From NCBI RefSeq assembly GCF_003918875.1, contig NW_025767546.1, forward strand, positions 1,550,001 through 1,614,000: a stretch of 64,000 bases of DNA, given 5' to 3'. Made by a program: the position numbers and the translations under genes. This document shows positions 61,101 through 64,000 of the stretch, piece after piece (the first letter of the stretch is position 1; each line of letters opens with the position of its first letter). A model generated the notes under the pieces. It saw only the letters and a program-made list of their open reading frames with translations, was not told where the DNA came from and made no database searches. This stretch comes from Haliotis rubra. Its lineage: Eukaryota.

Positions 61101-64000
61101 ATTCGTTGAGTAATTAGTTGAGTATCTTGTTGAGGCACAAAATGTCGTTGACTTGGTAGCTTTGGTGTGCACTTCCTGGTTTTAATCTTCATCTATATGA
61201 CGGTTGGGGGTGGGGGGATTTCGTATGATATTGAAAGAAGCATGACATTATTTGAATATACAGTTTGGTGAATAGTCGTATGAACGCCCAAGTGTGTCGC
61301 TCGAGATATCCCAGATATGTAACGGTAATCTGGAGATAATCAAGGCTGGACAAGACAATCTAGTGATTGAATGGCTAAGTGATTGTTCGAGTGAGTGATT
61401 GTTTTAGTGGCTGAATGGCTGAGTGATTGTTGGAGTGAGTGATTGTTTTAGTGGCTGAATGGCTGAGCGATTGTTGGAGTGAGTGATTGTTTTAGTGGCT
61501 GAATGGCTGAGTGATTGTTGGAGTGAGTGATTGTTTTAGTGGCTGAGTGATTGTTGGAGTGAGTGATTGTTTTAGTGGCTGAATGGCTGAGTGATTGTTG
61601 GAGTGAGTGATTGTTTTAGTGGCTGAATGGCTGAGTGATTGTTGGAGTGAGTGATTGTTTTAGTGGCTGAGTGATTGTTGGAGTGAGTGATTGTTTTAGT
61701 GACTGAATGGCTGAGTGATTGTTGGAGTGAGTGATTGTTTTAGTGGCTGAATGGCTGAGTGATTAGTGGCTGAATGGCTACGAGTGATTGGAGTGAGTGG
61801 CTGATTGTTTTAGTGGCTGAATGGCTGAGTGATTGTTGGAGTGAGTGATTGTTTTAGTGGCTGAATGGCTGAGTGATTGTTGGAGTGAGTGATTGTTTTA
61901 GTGGCTGAATGGCTGAGTGATTGTTGGAGTGAGTGATTGTTTTAGTGGCTGAATGGCTGAGTGATTGTTCGGGTGAGTGATTGTTTTAGTGGCTGAATGG
62001 CTGAGTGATTGTTCGAGTGAGTGATTGTTTTAGTGGCTGAATGGCTGAGTGATTGTTGGAGTGAGTGATTGTTTTAGTGGCTGAATGGCTGAGTGATTGT
62101 TGGAGTGAGTGATTGTTTTAGTGGCTGAATGGCTGAGTGATTGTTGGAGTGAGTGATTGTTTTAGTGGCTGAATGGCTGAGTGATTGTTGGAGTGAGTGA
62201 TTGTTTTAGTGGCTGAATGGCTGAGTGATTGTTGGAGTGAGTGATTGTTTTAGTGGCTGAGTGATTGTTGGAGTGAGTGATTGTTTTAGTGGCTGAATGG
62301 CTGAGTGATTGTTGGAGTGAGTGATTGTTTTAGTGGCTGAATGGCTGAGTGAGCGTTTGATTGTGTGATTTAATTGTAGAATGAATGGTTCCTTGAGTGA
62401 TTGATTTAGTAGTTGCGTTTACATTCTAATGAGTGGTTGATATTTAACGCTGCTAGTTTAGTTTGGTCCCTGGTTGGTTGATAGGTTAGTTGAAAGAGCG
62501 TTCGTATGAGTGAGCTAAAATAATGGTTGGGTGATTGAAAGTGTTTTCGAGTAATCTTGTGGGTGATTTGTCGACCGGTTGAGTGATTGGTTGGGTAGAT
62601 TCGTTGAGTAATTAGTTGAGTATCTTGTTGAGGCACAAAATGTCGTTGACTTGGTAGCTTTGGTGTGCACTTCCTGGTTTTAATCTTCATCTATATGACG
62701 GCTGGGGTGGGGATTTCGTATGATATTGAAAGAAGCATGACATTATTTGAATATACAGTTTGGTGAATAGTCGTATGAACGCCCAAGTGTGTCGCTCGAG
62801 ATATCCCAGATATGTAACGGTAATCTGGAGATAATCAAGGCTGGACAAGACAATCTAGTGATTGAATGGCTGAGTGATTGTTGGAGTGAGTGATTGTTTT
62901 AGTGGCTGAATGGCTGAGTGATTGTTGGAGTGAGTGATTGTTTTAGTGGCTGAATGGCTGAGCGATTGTTGGAGTGAGTGATTGTTTTAGTGGCTGAATG
63001 GCTGAGTGATTGTTGGAGTGAGTGATTGTTTTAGTGGCTGAGTGATTGTTGGAGTGAGTGATTGTTTTAGTGGCTGAATGGCTGAGTGATTGTTGGAGTG
63101 AGTGATTGTTTTAGTGGCTGAATGGCTGAGTGATTGTTGGAGTGAGTGATTGTTTTAGTGGCTGAGTGATTGTTCAAGTGAGTGATTGTTTTAGTGACTG
63201 AATGGCTGAGTGATTGTTCGAGTGAGTGATTGTTTTAGTGGCTGAATGGCTGAGTGATTGTTGGAGTGAGTGATTGTTTTAGTGGCTGAATGGCTGAGTG
63301 ATTGTTGGAGTGAGTGATTGTTTTAGTGGCTGAATGGCTGAGTGATTGTTGGAGTGAGTGATTGTTTTAGTGGCTGAATGGCTGAGCGATTGTTGGAGTG
63401 AGTGATTGTTTTAGTGGCTGAATGGCTGAGTGATTGTTCGAGTGAGTGATTGTTTTAGTGGCTGAATGGCTGAGTGATTGTTGGAGTGAGTGATTGTTTT
63501 AGTGGCTGAATGGCTGAGTGATTGTTGGGGTGAGTGATTGTTTTAGTGGCTGAATGGCTGAGTGATTGTTCGAGTGAGTGATTGTTTTAGTGGCTTGAAT
63601 GGCTGAGTGATTGTTGGAGTGAGTGATTGTTTTAGTGGCTGAATGGCTGAGTGATTGTTGGAGAGGAGTGATTGTTTTAGTGGCTGAATGGCTGAGTGAT
63701 TGTTGGAGTGAGTGATTGTTTTAGTGGCTGAATGGCTGAGTGATTGTTGGTGAGTGATTGTTTTAGTGGCTGAATGGCTGAGTGATTGTTGGAGTGAGTG
63801 ATTGTTTTAGTGGCTGAGTGATTGTTGGAGTGAGTGATTGTTTTAGTGGCTGAATGGCTGAGTGATTGTTGGAGTGAGTGATTGTTTTAGTGGCTGAATG
63901 GCTGAGTGAGCGTTTGATTGTGTGATTTAATTGTAGAATGAATGGTTCCTTGAGTGATTGATTTAGTAGTTGCGTTTACATTCTAATGAGTGGTTGATAT
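58125..64000. repeat. 44-bp G/T-rich satellite (GAGTGAGTGATTGTTTTAGTGGCTGAATGGCTGAGTGATTGTTG, with a 36-bp variant) forming a ~1.5-kb higher-order repeat with a ~510-bp spacer
   Basis: Spacer starts at 59353, 60853, 62351 and 63908 (periods 1500, 1498, 1557); spacers are near-identical; the array runs off the window. Confidence 0.95.

Noticed and set aside
59408-62690. Three identical 94-aa ORFs (MKIKTRKCTPK...) as a tandem gene family
   Set aside because: They lie in the macro-repeat spacer, are built from degenerate satellite-like sequence and show no recognisable domain; identity reflects recent DNA duplication.
53717-64000. CRISPR-like repeat/spacer array
   Set aside because: Eukaryotic context, head-to-tail repeats without unique spacers, and no cas genes.

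Overview
Eukaryotic, intron-containing, AT-rich animal DNA. It is most likely molluscan; the SINE families with (TCAC)n tails suggest abalone (Haliotis), which is an inference. Six protein-coding loci were rebuilt by hand from GT-AG splice sites with phase continuity: (1) the 3' end of SCYL2 (+); (2) a C-factor/sniffer-like short-chain dehydrogenase (-); (3) a small stand-alone CS/p23-domain protein (+), head-to-head with the dehydrogenase; (4) a two-exon aerolysin/ETX-MTX2 (LIN-24-like) beta-pore-forming protein (-); (5) a short BTB/POZ 'serine-enriched protein'-like gene (+); (6) a small Thr/Ser/Asp-rich mucin-like membrane or GPI protein (+) whose first exon is ambiguous. The rest is repeat-rich: three SINE families (several with target-site duplications, TSDs), MITEs and fold-back palindromes, three decayed Tc1/mariner transposases, Penelope-type inverted repeats with minimal hammerhead-ribozyme motifs, and a satellite-dominated right end (66-, 29/58-, 42- and 44-bp units plus a ~1.5-kb macro-repeat). 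Most ORFs in the supplied track are spurious. All assignments come from motif recognition; no searches were run.
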